Position numbers and translations under genes: made by a program. Positions 27,569-36,265 of a DNA stretch of 36,265 nucleotides are shown here, one piece after another. Source of the stretch: Myxococcota bacterium (GTDB lineage Bacteria > Myxococcota > SpSt-1050); the NCBI GenBank assembly GCA_049969675.1, contig JBMFOP010000020.1:1-36265 (forward strand), read 5' to 3'. Position 1 is the stretch's first letter, and each line of letters opens with the position of its first letter. A model generated the notes under the pieces. The model worked only from the letters and a program-made list of their open reading frames with translations, had not been told where the DNA came from and made no database searches.

Positions 27569-29329
27569 TCAATCTATAAATTTTATTCCAGCCTCTTTCA
27601 GTTGTCTCTCGTCCGGTATTGATGGTGCGTCTGTCATAAGGCAACTCCCTGATGTCGTCTTCGGGAAGGCAATTACATCTCTTATAGATTCTGCACCGCT
27701 CATCAGCATTATAAGTCTATCAAATCCGAGGGCAATTCCACCATGTGGAGGCACTCCATATTTGAACGCCTCAAGTAAAAAACCAAATTTTGAATCTATC
27801 TCACCTTCATTCAGACCCAGCACCTTAAAGACTCTTTTTTGAAGTTCAGGAGAATAAATTCTTATTGAGCCGCCACCAAGTTCAAAGCCGTTTAATGTTA
27901 TATCATATGCATTTGCTCTGACCTTAAGAGGTTCTTTTTCAAGTAACTCAATATCCTCTTCCCTTGGAGAGGTAAATGGGTGATGGCAGGCAACAATCTT
28001 CTTCTCCTCCTCAGAATATTCAAACATCGGGAAGTTATAAATCCATACAAATTTGAATTCACCTTTTTTCTTTAAACCAAACTTTTCCGCAATTGCATTT
28101 CTGAGATATGAAAGAAGATTATTAACAATCTTAGGCTCACCAAATTGAATAAAGACGATTGAGTCTTTGACTATGCTGGCTCTATTGATGATCTCTTTCT
28201 TGATATCCGCTGGAATCTCTTTAGTCCAGCCCGCCATAGACCATTCTATATCGGAATTTACCTTAAATCTTGCAAGGCCCTTTGCTCCGATTGCTTTGAC
28301 CTCCTGTTCAAGTCTATCTATATCAGCACGGCTTAGTTGATATTGCGATGGAATTGGCAAAATTTTGACAATTCCACTATTCTGAATTGCATCATCAAAC
28401 ATTCTGACTTTGCCTTCTATCTTTCTGATTACATCGGAGATATCGTACATTCTGAGGTCAAATCTCAAATCTGGTTTGTCACTGCCATATTTCTCCATAG
28501 CCTCATAATAGGACATCTTTTGAAATTCCTTAATCTCATAATTAATTGTACTCAAAAAGATATGTTTTAGTAGATTCTCTGTAAGTTGCATAATATCTGC
28601 CTGATCAATAAAACTCATCTCAATATCTATCTGAGTAAACTCGGGTTGTCTATCAAGTCTCAGGTCCTCATCTCTAAAGCATCTGACGATCTGGAAGTAT
28701 CTATCCATATTTGCCACCATCAGAAGTTGCTTAAAGAGTTGTGGTGATTGGGGCAGCGCATAGACCTTCCCTCTGTTGAGCCTTGAGGGGACCAAAAAAT
28801 CTCTTGCACCTTCTGGTGTGCTCCTGGTAAGAAATGGTGTCTCTACCTCAATAAAGTTGTTATTGTGTAAAAAGAGTCTGGCCTCCAGTGCCACTCTATC
28901 TCTAAGTAATAACTTCTCTCTAATAGGATTTCTTCTGATGTCCAGATATCTATATTTAAGCCTCAGTTCCTCTGTTGCCTTTACCTCATCCTGGATGACA
29001 AATGGGGTAGGTTCAGAAATAGAATATATATGTATTTCGTTGGCAGTCACCTCAATCTCACCGGTCTTTAATCTAAGATTTGGATTACCTTCTCTCTTCC
29101 TGACTGAGCCTCTGACAGAGATTACTGATTCATTTCTCAACCCCTTTACCGTTCGTAATAGCCCCTCATCATTAATCACAATCTGTGTAATTCCATATCT
29201 ATCCCGCAGATTGATAAAGGCAAGCCTTCCCATCTCCCTTATTGAATCAATCCATCCATTTAGTATAACCTCCTGTCCAACATTTGAAATGGTAAGCTCT
29301 CCACAGGTATGGGTTCTCTTTTTAATCAT
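27569..29329 (-). CDS. aspS: Aspartate--tRNA ligase
   Basis: RTHTCGEL, RLKYRYLDIRR, STPEGARDFLVPSR, LPQSPQLFKQ, FRDEDLR.DRQPEFTQ, GGGSIR, PPHGGIALGFDR. Confidence 0.97.
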   Translation of the reverse strand: MIKKRTHTCGELTISNVGQEVILNGWIDSIREMGRLAFINLRDRYGITQIVINDEGLLRTVKGLRNESVISVRGSVRKREGNPNLRLKTGEIEVTANEIHIYSISEPTPFVIQDEVKATEELRLKYRYLDIRRNPIREKLLLRDRVALEARLFLHNNNFIEVETPFLTRSTPEGARDFLVPSRLNRGKVYALPQSPQLFKQLLMVANMDRYFQIVRCFRDEDLRLDRQPEFTQIDIEMSFIDQADIMQLTENLLKHIFLSTINYEIKEFQKMSYYEAMEKYGSDKPDLRFDLRMYDISDVIRKIEGKVRMFDDAIQNSGIVKILPIPSQYQLSRADIDRLEQEVKAIGAKGLARFKVNSDIEWSMAGWTKEIPADIKKEIINRASIVKDSIVFIQFGEPKIVNNLLSYLRNAIAEKFGLKKKGEFKFVWIYNFPMFEYSEEEKKIVACHHPFTSPREEDIELLEKEPLKVRANAYDITLNGFELGGGSIRIYSPELQKRVFKVLGLNEGEIDSKFGFLLEAFKYGVPPHGGIALGFDRLIMLMSGAESIRDVIAFPKTTSGSCLMTDAPSIPDERQLKEAGIKFID

Positions 29330-29332
29330 AAA

Positions 29333-29806
29333 TTATCCTCCAATCCTTTTTAAGATTTCATTTAAGATGAAATTGACACCCTTCTCCCGAATTGCTGCTC
29401 TATTCCCCCTGAATATTTTTTTATAGTTGAAATATTTGTCATAAACACTTAGACCGAAGAATACCAGCCCCACCGGTTTTTTTCTACTCCCACCATCAGG
29501 TCCTGCTATTCCGGTAATTGAGACACAGATATCTGTTCCAATTAATTTCTTAAGCCCCTTTACCATCTCCAATGCGGTCTCTTCAGATACCGCTCCATAC
29601 CTCTTTAAAGTAGATGCCTTTACATTTAGTAATTTTCTCTTTGCCTCATCTGAATAGGTCACAAGCCCTAATAAAAAATATCTTGAGGCACCGGGGATAT
29701 CTGTAAGCATCTTGGCAAGGAGCCCACCAGTACAGGATTCAGCTGTAGAGATAGTTATCTTTCGCTCTTTCAATATTTTTGCAACTCTAATGAGTGCAGA
29801 AGTCAT
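29333..29806 (-). CDS. CinA C-terminal domain protein (NMN deamidase PncC-like)
   Basis: TAESCTGG, PGAS, YGAVSEE, SITGIAGPDGG..KKPVGLV. Confidence 0.9.
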   Translation of the reverse strand: MTSALIRVAKILKERKITISTAESCTGGLLAKMLTDIPGASRYFLLGLVTYSDEAKRKLLNVKASTLKRYGAVSEETALEMVKGLKKLIGTDICVSITGIAGPDGGSRKKPVGLVFFGLSVYDKYFNYKKIFRGNRAAIREKGVNFILNEILKRIGG

Positions 29807-30004
29807 AGGAGGGTATTTATTACAAAAGTTTTTATAAATAAATAAAAAATTTCAATTATTCATTCATAATATCGGGAGGTTTTAAACAATAAAAGGTGAT
29901 TTGTTGCCAGATAGACTATATACCAGAGTATTAATCACAGACAAAAAATATGACTTTTATTATCATATTGAAAATTAATGGCATTTGAGGTATTTAGGTA
30001 AATT

Positions 30005-32095
30005 ATGAGTAGGTATTTATTGCTGACAATAATTGTCTCATTTTTAAGTTGTTATTGCACTGAAGATAAGACAGAGATGGTTCTAAATATATATTCAGAC
30101 TTTTTAATCCCCTCTGAGATGGATAGGGTAGAACTCAGACTTTTCAGAGCGGATACTGAGATAATCAGAAAAGAATATAAGATTGAATCAGAGAATGAAC
30201 TGCCGGTGAAGATATTGTTGACTCAGGAGAATAATGTGGAGGAGCTGCTCGGAATAAGGGTAAAGGCAAAGAGAGACAATACCATCGTCAGTGAGGTATT
30301 TGTAGAGAGGGCATTCATAAGGCATCAGAGGGTAATTGTTGACATCTATATTAAAAAAGATGGTTCTAAAATAGAAGATGCAGGGGTTGATGATGCTGGA
30401 GTAGATACTTCTGATATAATGAGTGATATATATGATATTTCCGAAGTTTCTGATTACTTTGATGCAGGATTTGATGGAGTCACAGATAGCATTGATTCAT
30501 CATCTGATTCAGATGTCATTGAGGAGATTGGTGAGATAGGTGGGGAGATTGGTTGTGCCTCGGGTTGTGGAGGCAATGCCACCTGCATAAACGACAAATG
30601 CAAATGCAATACCGGGTTTGAAAACTGCAACAATGATTGGAGTGATGGGTGTGAGGCAGATATAATGAATGATATTAAGTACTGCGGAGGGTGTAAAGCA
30701 TACTGCAATGTCCTGAATGTTGAGAATGTGAGATGTAGTACGGGTAAGTGTGATTATGACATCTGTAAGTTGGGATATGAAGATGCTGACAAAGATAGAA
30801 CCAATGGATGTGAGAAGTTTAACTTCTTCCCCAAGGTATATGGTGGGAGTGGCGATGAAATGATGGAGGATATGAGAATTACCTCTGACGGTGGAATAAT
30901 CATTGTTGCCACCACCTCCACCTGCTGCTTTGGGGATAAAGATATATGGGTGGTAAGATTAAATAAGAATGGAGATATTCTATGGCAGAAGGTGATAGGA
31001 AGGGGGAAGGAGGAGAAAGGACCATTTAAGATCTATGAATTGAATTCTGGTGATTTTATAATAGTCGGTTCTACAATGTCTCTCAGTTCAACAGAGAGTA
31101 AGGGGTTAATAATAAAACTTGATAAAGATGGAAATCTACTTTCAACTAAATCCCTCTCCGGTCCTGATTGGTCGGGATTTAAAGATATATACTGTAATAA
31201 TGATTTAGATTGCACAATTATTGGTAGCGCAGCTATTATGGGAGATACCGGTCATGATCTATATGAAATGAAACTTGATAATAACTTTAGTATCATGAGT
31301 CAAAGACTATTTAGAATAAAAAGTGATCAGGGAGACGACTTATTTATATTAAGAGGTGGATTAAATTTCAATTATATATTTACATCAAAGGATGGTTCAA
31401 ACAAAGGTAGTATAATGATTTTAATGCTGGATTCAAATAATGATATATATTCAGCAAAGGAGCTATTTGGGGATATAGGCACAAGGATTATAAATTGTAT
31501 TCAGGTCTCAGGTAATGGGATGTACTGCTCTGGATATACTGATAATACCGGGCCGAATAAGACTGATATATTTCTCTTCCAGTATTTGTATAATAATAAA
31601 GGTTCAATTGGCTGGCAGAAGTTGATAGGGGATATAGATATGGATATTGCATCCATCTCTGATGCCTCCAGTGAGACTACACTACTTCTGGCAGGGACCT
31701 CAATAAAAGATGGTTTATACAGGGCAGTTTTTATAAATATGGACAGCGGGGGTAACCTGAGATATCTGCGCTCATTTCAGGGTACAAATGGAGAAGGTGG
31801 CTTTTACTTAAAGTTGTTGAAAAATAACCTATTTGTTATAGGTGGTATGAGTTATTCCTATGGGACTGGGGGGGCAGAACTCATTTTAATCCCGGTAAAT
31901 ATAAGGGGGGAGAATATCTCAGAATGCCATCTACAGAATGAGGAGGATATACAGTTGGGTACTTCAAATTCCAATTTTTCATTGAGGGATGTAAATATAG
32001 ATGAGATATTGACCACTGATTTTTTCCTTCAAGAGGTAGTCTTTAATTCAACCAACAAAATTGATTATAGGGCAGGGTCTATATGTGAAAAGTAG
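30005..32095 (+). CDS. Exported/lipoprotein with acidic DAG linker, Cys-rich repeats and probable beta-propeller-like C-terminus
   Basis: Signal peptide ending FLSC; DAGVDDAGVD linker; CNTGFENCNNDWSDGCE and CKLGYEDADKDRTNGCE; repeats like DIWVVRLNKNGDILWQK and IIKLDKDGN. Confidence 0.75.
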   Translation: MSRYLLLTIIVSFLSCYCTEDKTEMVLNIYSDFLIPSEMDRVELRLFRADTEIIRKEYKIESENELPVKILLTQENNVEELLGIRVKAKRDNTIVSEVFVERAFIRHQRVIVDIYIKKDGSKIEDAGVDDAGVDTSDIMSDIYDISEVSDYFDAGFDGVTDSIDSSSDSDVIEEIGEIGGEIGCASGCGGNATCINDKCKCNTGFENCNNDWSDGCEADIMNDIKYCGGCKAYCNVLNVENVRCSTGKCDYDICKLGYEDADKDRTNGCEKFNFFPKVYGGSGDEMMEDMRITSDGGIIIVATTSTCCFGDKDIWVVRLNKNGDILWQKVIGRGKEEKGPFKIYELNSGDFIIVGSTMSLSSTESKGLIIKLDKDGNLLSTKSLSGPDWSGFKDIYCNNDLDCTIIGSAAIMGDTGHDLYEMKLDNNFSIMSQRLFRIKSDQGDDLFILRGGLNFNYIFTSKDGSNKGSIMILMLDSNNDIYSAKELFGDIGTRIINCIQVSGNGMYCSGYTDNTGPNKTDIFLFQYLYNNKGSIGWQKLIGDIDMDIASISDASSETTLLLAGTSIKDGLYRAVFINMDSGGNLRYLRSFQGTNGEGGFYLKLLKNNLFVIGGMSYSYGTGGAELILIPVNIRGENISECHLQNEEDIQLGTSNSNFSLRDVNIDEILTTDFFLQEVVFNSTNKIDYRAGSICEK

Positions 32096-34673
32096 TATCC
32101 TTTTGATTGAGTTTGTTATTATAGATAGATTCCATTGCGGCTTCAATTTACCTTATCTCAATGGGGTTCTAAAGAGAAGGGGGATAAAATGCTTATATTT
32201 GAGATCCGGTCTTCTTGCAGGAGGTGCCCTCGGTAAAGATAATAGGGTAAATATAGATAAAGAGAGTGTAAATCATATTATATTAGAACTCAAATCAAAT
32301 AGATATACAGATATCATTTTTTCACACAGGCCATCAGAGAGTTTTATTTCACAAATAAAAAAGTTTACCAGTAACATCTATTTTATTGAGACATTTGACA
32401 ATAGTAAGCCCAATATCTCAGAATTTTATGAGAGATATAAGATTGATGAGAAAGGGCTGTTTGAAGAGGTTCCAGACTTTGGATTTACAAATATAAATAG
32501 ACTGGCAGAGGAGTTCAGACCATTACCTCATTTAATACTATTTAATGAGTGTAATTACAGAAGACCGATTATAGAAAATCCCTTTTATAAGGATATTAAA
32601 CTACCAGAATATGTAAAAAATACTGGCTGCTCATTCTGTATAAGACCGGATACATTCAAAAGGGAGAGATTTGATAAAATAAAAATAACCCAACATATCA
32701 GTGCAGCCATCAATACTACCCCGTGGAATGGATTCAGACGCAGATTGAGGATTATTGGTGAACTTATAGTCCGAAATATTGATGAGTTTTTTAAGACTAT
32801 CCTGAGGAATGGGATTGATGATACGGATTTTTTATTCAATTTCAGGGTGGATAATTTTCTCAAAAATAAGGATAAGATAGAGAAGGGGTTGAAGATAATC
32901 AGCGGTGCTAAAAATAGATTTTATCTGACACTTGTAGGGATTGAAAACTTCTCCAATGATGAACTTCTGAGATACAACAAGGGTATCAAAAATTATGATA
33001 TACTTGAATTTTTATCTCTATTGTTTGAACTCAAACAGAGATATCCAGGGCATTTTGATTATGAAGAATATGGGGGATTCAGCCTCATATTATTTAATCC
33101 CTTTACTACCAGAGAGGATTTGAGACTGAATTATCATATTATAAAGTATCTAAATATAGAGAAGTTATGTGGGAAGCTGTCTACCTCAAGAATCAGACTA
33201 TATAAGGAGCTTCCAATTTACCACCTTGCACAAGAAAATAGTTTGATTATCAAGAGATATGAATCCAGTATATTTGACACTGCACAGAGAAATTTTTATA
33301 GAGATGAAATCCCATGGAGATATAAACATAAAGATGTTGAACAATTTAATAAGTATCTTACTATTAATAAATCAAAGATTGATAAATCAAAAGACCTTAA
33401 TTTACCTATTATTAAGTTAAATAAAGAGTACCTATTATCTCACAAGCATATCACTGGAATAGAGAAAGATTGTATATACAAAAGTAATATATCGCTCAAC
33501 ATTTTCTATAAGATTGAAAAGGAATTTATGGACATTTATAAGGATAGGAAAATAGGAAAGAAAGACATTAATAATGAAAAAGAATTAAGAACTCATCTCA
33601 GAAATATCAGGAAATATTTTAGTTATATAAAAGTGGTACAAAACAGGTCGCAGATTGGTGGTTTAAGACATAATATCTATTATAGCAATTCAGGAGAGTT
33701 TATAAAAAAAGATGATAGAATACTTGATGAAAGTTCTTATAACGATTATTTAGATTATATAAACATCGGAAGATTATTGGGATATCCAGAATGTTGTTCT
33801 GAGCACTATGGGAGGATGAAATATTATCTTATAAACAATTATCTATTTGCCCTTATGCATTTGAGATATCAATTTACAGAGATATTTAAGTCCTTAAATC
33901 CATTTAGCAATTTAATCTTTATCCCCTGCAGTTTAAGATGCAAAAAGGCAAAGGTCTTCGTAGATATTAGAACCAATGTAATAAAAAGATCATACATTAA
34001 CTATAACTATGAAAATTTAACTGAATACCCATTTGTTTTTTTATTACCGTATGACCCATTCAGGAGTGTCTATGCAGATAATCTGGGTTATGTGGTTGTA
34101 AAACCCAGAACTGAGGTAGAGGATGAATTTTCTTATGAGCCACTCCTTTATTCTGGGAATGATAGGAGATTGAGATTTATTATCAACTCTGATAGACTTG
34201 TTATGAGGGATGGATTTATGGAATTATATAAAGGGAGGAGGCATATCTATACCTTCTGCGCGGAGGCAAATGTCTGGTATTATAAAAAGCCACTTGATTG
34301 TAAATTCTGGAAGGCTTTTACTGAGGCTTATTATAGATCTATTGTATATAGAGACAGATATGAGCGTAATAAATATGTGAGTGATACAGACCTTGATAAG
34401 TTGTTTCGCTTACTCAAAGAGAGTATAGGGAATTTAAATAATTCTGATTATAGATTGATTGATGTAGGAGTTGAGAGAAATGTGGTGGTGGCTCTGTTGA
34501 CAAAGAAGGGAAGGGGCGTTGAATTGAGGATTCAGAAGAGGGAAGAGACAGATAAGTATTATATTAGAGGGAAGAGATATTCTATTTCTGTGGGAAGGAT
34601 AGATGAAGGGATTGACTTTTTGGATGAGGTGACAAGACTTGTTTTGAGAATTATTGAAGATGAAGAGAGATGA
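32085..34673 (+). CDS. Atypical radical SAM-like protein (CX25CX2C) fused to DUF483-like domain
   Basis: C(32550)-x25-CSFC(32628-32639); GIENFSNDELLRYNKG; ILFNPFTTREDL; GRLLGYPECC and IPCSLRC in C-terminal half. GTG 32085 preferred to track TTG 32061 (start uncertain). Confidence 0.7.
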   Translation: MKSSILLIEFVIIDRFHCGFNLPYLNGVLKRRGIKCLYLRSGLLAGGALGKDNRVNIDKESVNHIILELKSNRYTDIIFSHRPSESFISQIKKFTSNIYFIETFDNSKPNISEFYERYKIDEKGLFEEVPDFGFTNINRLAEEFRPLPHLILFNECNYRRPIIENPFYKDIKLPEYVKNTGCSFCIRPDTFKRERFDKIKITQHISAAINTTPWNGFRRRLRIIGELIVRNIDEFFKTILRNGIDDTDFLFNFRVDNFLKNKDKIEKGLKIISGAKNRFYLTLVGIENFSNDELLRYNKGIKNYDILEFLSLLFELKQRYPGHFDYEEYGGFSLILFNPFTTREDLRLNYHIIKYLNIEKLCGKLSTSRIRLYKELPIYHLAQENSLIIKRYESSIFDTAQRNFYRDEIPWRYKHKDVEQFNKYLTINKSKIDKSKDLNLPIIKLNKEYLLSHKHITGIEKDCIYKSNISLNIFYKIEKEFMDIYKDRKIGKKDINNEKELRTHLRNIRKYFSYIKVVQNRSQIGGLRHNIYYSNSGEFIKKDDRILDESSYNDYLDYINIGRLLGYPECCSEHYGRMKYYLINNYLFALMHLRYQFTEIFKSLNPFSNLIFIPCSLRCKKAKVFVDIRTNVIKRSYINYNYENLTEYPFVFLLPYDPFRSVYADNLGYVVVKPRTEVEDEFSYEPLLYSGNDRRLRFIINSDRLVMRDGFMELYKGRRHIYTFCAEANVWYYKKPLDCKFWKAFTEAYYRSIVYRDRYERNKYVSDTDLDKLFRLLKESIGNLNNSDYRLIDVGVERNVVVALLTKKGRGVELRIQKREETDKYYIRGKRYSISVGRIDEGIDFLDEVTRLVLRIIEDEER

Positions 34674-35892
34674 TTTTTTATTCTTATTCATTGATGCATT
34701 AAGAAGAAGGGGTATCCAGATAGATTATCTCTTCTCTTATAACAATCAAATAAAGATTGGCTTTTCAAAAGGCATAATCCTCACAGTTGACTTCAGGATA
34801 GATGGTAGACTTTCGTACTATAAAATTCTAAGTACTACCGGTTATCAATATAGGGCAGAGAGAAATATAAAAGATATTGGCATCTTTGTAGAAAGGACTA
34901 TTCAGCTTATTCATCCTTATGTAGAGACTTTAAGGGCATTGGGACAGACACTATTTATAAAGAATGGTTTCAGATTCAAGCCCCAAACTATTCAGGAACT
35001 CTTCCCCTTCCTCTCATATGAAGAAAAGGCGGATGAATCTGAATTATTGGTTAGATTTACAAACAGGTGCAATCAGGGCTGTGAATTCTGTTCCGCACCG
35101 ATAGATTATATTGACCCAGAGATGGGTGTCCTTAAGAAGTTGATAGATAATCTCTATCAGGGCAACAATTTCCAGATAACCCTTACAGGTGGAGAGCCAA
35201 CGATTAGAAAGGAGTTTGTTCCATTTCTTGGCTGGCTTGTAAAAAATACCAAAAATAGTCTAATTAGAATACAGACTAATGCAGTAGCATTTTCTAATAG
35301 GGCACTTATATCAAAACTCCCAAAGACCAGAAGAATTCAATTCTTTATATCCCTCCATTCACTTGAAGAAGAGATTTACGATAAGATTACCTCTTCAAAA
35401 GGGCAGTTTGACAGGGCTATTAAAGGTATAAAAAATATACTTGATGGTGGCTATGATGTTATTGCAAATGTAGTCCTGAATAGATATAATTATGACAGGA
35501 TGGATGACTACCTGAAGAAATTTTATAGACTTTTTGGGAATAGAGTGTCATTGCATTTTTCAGTTTTGATACTTCCGGAGTACAGGATAAATCTTGAGAA
35601 ATATATTGTCTCATATAGAGAAATACTCAGACATCTGTTGCCTTTGATAAAGGAGTATAAGATACCGATTGATTCATTAATTAGTTCAACACACGCCTCC
35701 ATACCCTTATGCTATTTCCCTCCGGAGATGGTTAGGGGTATTAAGAAAAGATATAGAGGAAATCCAGTTGAGACGGGATATGAGGATCTGTCAAAAAATT
35801 GGGTAAAAAAGAAGAGTTGTCTGGGTTGCAGGTACGATAAATTTTGTATTGGGGTGCCAAAGAATTATTTTATTAAATTTGGTGTTGAATGA
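34660..35892 (+). CDS. Radical SAM protein with N-terminal extension and C-terminal CX2CX5C motif (HxsC-like/SPASM-related)
   Basis: CNQGCEFC, LTGGEPT, IQTNA, ISLHS, IPLC, CLGCRYDKFCIG; ATG 34660 (track uses TTG 34654) overlaps upstream gene. Confidence 0.88.
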   Translation: MKRDDFLFLFIDALRRRGIQIDYLFSYNNQIKIGFSKGIILTVDFRIDGRLSYYKILSTTGYQYRAERNIKDIGIFVERTIQLIHPYVETLRALGQTLFIKNGFRFKPQTIQELFPFLSYEEKADESELLVRFTNRCNQGCEFCSAPIDYIDPEMGVLKKLIDNLYQGNNFQITLTGGEPTIRKEFVPFLGWLVKNTKNSLIRIQTNAVAFSNRALISKLPKTRRIQFFISLHSLEEEIYDKITSSKGQFDRAIKGIKNILDGGYDVIANVVLNRYNYDRMDDYLKKFYRLFGNRVSLHFSVLILPEYRINLEKYIVSYREILRHLLPLIKEYKIPIDSLISSTHASIPLCYFPPEMVRGIKKRYRGNPVETGYEDLSKNWVKKKSCLGCRYDKFCIGVPKNYFIKFGVE

Positions 35893-36265
35893 ATAATCGA
35901 ATAGTTCTATATGGGATATTATCAGAAAATGTTACAGATCCTATAGATTCACCTCCGATGGACCTGTTTAATATATTTCAACTTTACAATGTATTAAAAA
36001 AAGCAGATCCTTTGCAAGAATATATAATGTATATTGAACCATTGGGAACAATCAATACGAATGTGTATACTGATAAATATGATAAATGGATTTTTGATAG
36101 TGATTATATTGTTTTTTATTATTCTTCATTTTTTAGGAAAAATGGGGTTAAAAACCAGATTATTCAAAATTTTATAAATAAAATTTTACCACGAACAGGT
36201 CTTTATTTTGCAGACCTTTACAATGGTTCTTCAAATTACATAGAATACAGGACTGATGATTTGAT
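35889..36265 (+). CDS. Hypothetical protein, 3' truncated by window edge (not in ORF track)
   Basis: ATGA overlap with upstream stop; frame open to end: MNNRIVLYGILSENVTDPIDSPPMDLFNIFQLYNVLKK...LYFADLYNGSSNYIEYRTDDL. Confidence 0.75.
   Translation, partial: MNNRIVLYGILSENVTDPIDSPPMDLFNIFQLYNVLKKADPLQEYIMYIEPLGTINTNVYTDKYDKWIFDSDYIVFYYSSFFRKNGVKNQIIQNFINKILPRTGLYFADLYNGSSNYIEYRTDDL

Noticed and set aside
28776..29426. 216-aa antisense ORF
   Set aside because: Shadow of aspS/cinA
29807..30004. RiPP precursor peptide upstream of the radical SAM operon
   Set aside because: No convincing short ORF with SD or His-Xaa-Ser/Cys-repeat pattern seen; a precursor, if any, is outside the window
1..36265. 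CRISPR array, tRNA, rRNA, intact transposase or integrase
   Set aside because: No regularly spaced repeats, cloverleaf/rRNA signatures or DDE/HUH/tyrosine-recombinase ORFs seen by eye

Overview
AT-rich bacterial chromosomal window. The PEGA protein, double-FHA/zinc-ribbon protein and Cys-rich 'NGCE/DGCE' secreted proteins with DAG linkers suggest a Myxococcota/deltaproteobacteria-like organism (inference). Left to right: 3' end of an AAA-ATPase/PD-(D/E)XK gene; wzm-wzt plus an OPA-family MFS transporter; FHA protein; a PFK with PPi-type signature, class II-like purE and purC; an AT-rich insert with a HEPN-MNT pair; ygeW-type carbamoyltransferase plus a PLP fold-II enzyme behind a perfect sigma70 promoter; PBP1A; a GlyA-GcvT fusion; a minus-strand DUF2079/PEGA/lipoprotein/macrodomain/DUF2905 run; an AAE transporter; aminopeptidase-aspS-cinA(C-term). 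The right edge holds the start of an overlapping operon: a Cys-rich exported protein, an atypical CX25CX2C radical SAM-like protein fused to a DUF483-like domain, a second radical SAM with a C-terminal Cys motif, and a truncated ORF missing from the track. This operon is the best candidate for an undescribed system. Non-coding finds: a ~195-bp dispersed repeat (two copies plus a shared terminal motif at a third site), two heptamer tandem arrays and a GTAG-type REP palindrome. No rRNA, tRNA or CRISPR array was seen. All family calls are from motif recognition by eye, not database searches.
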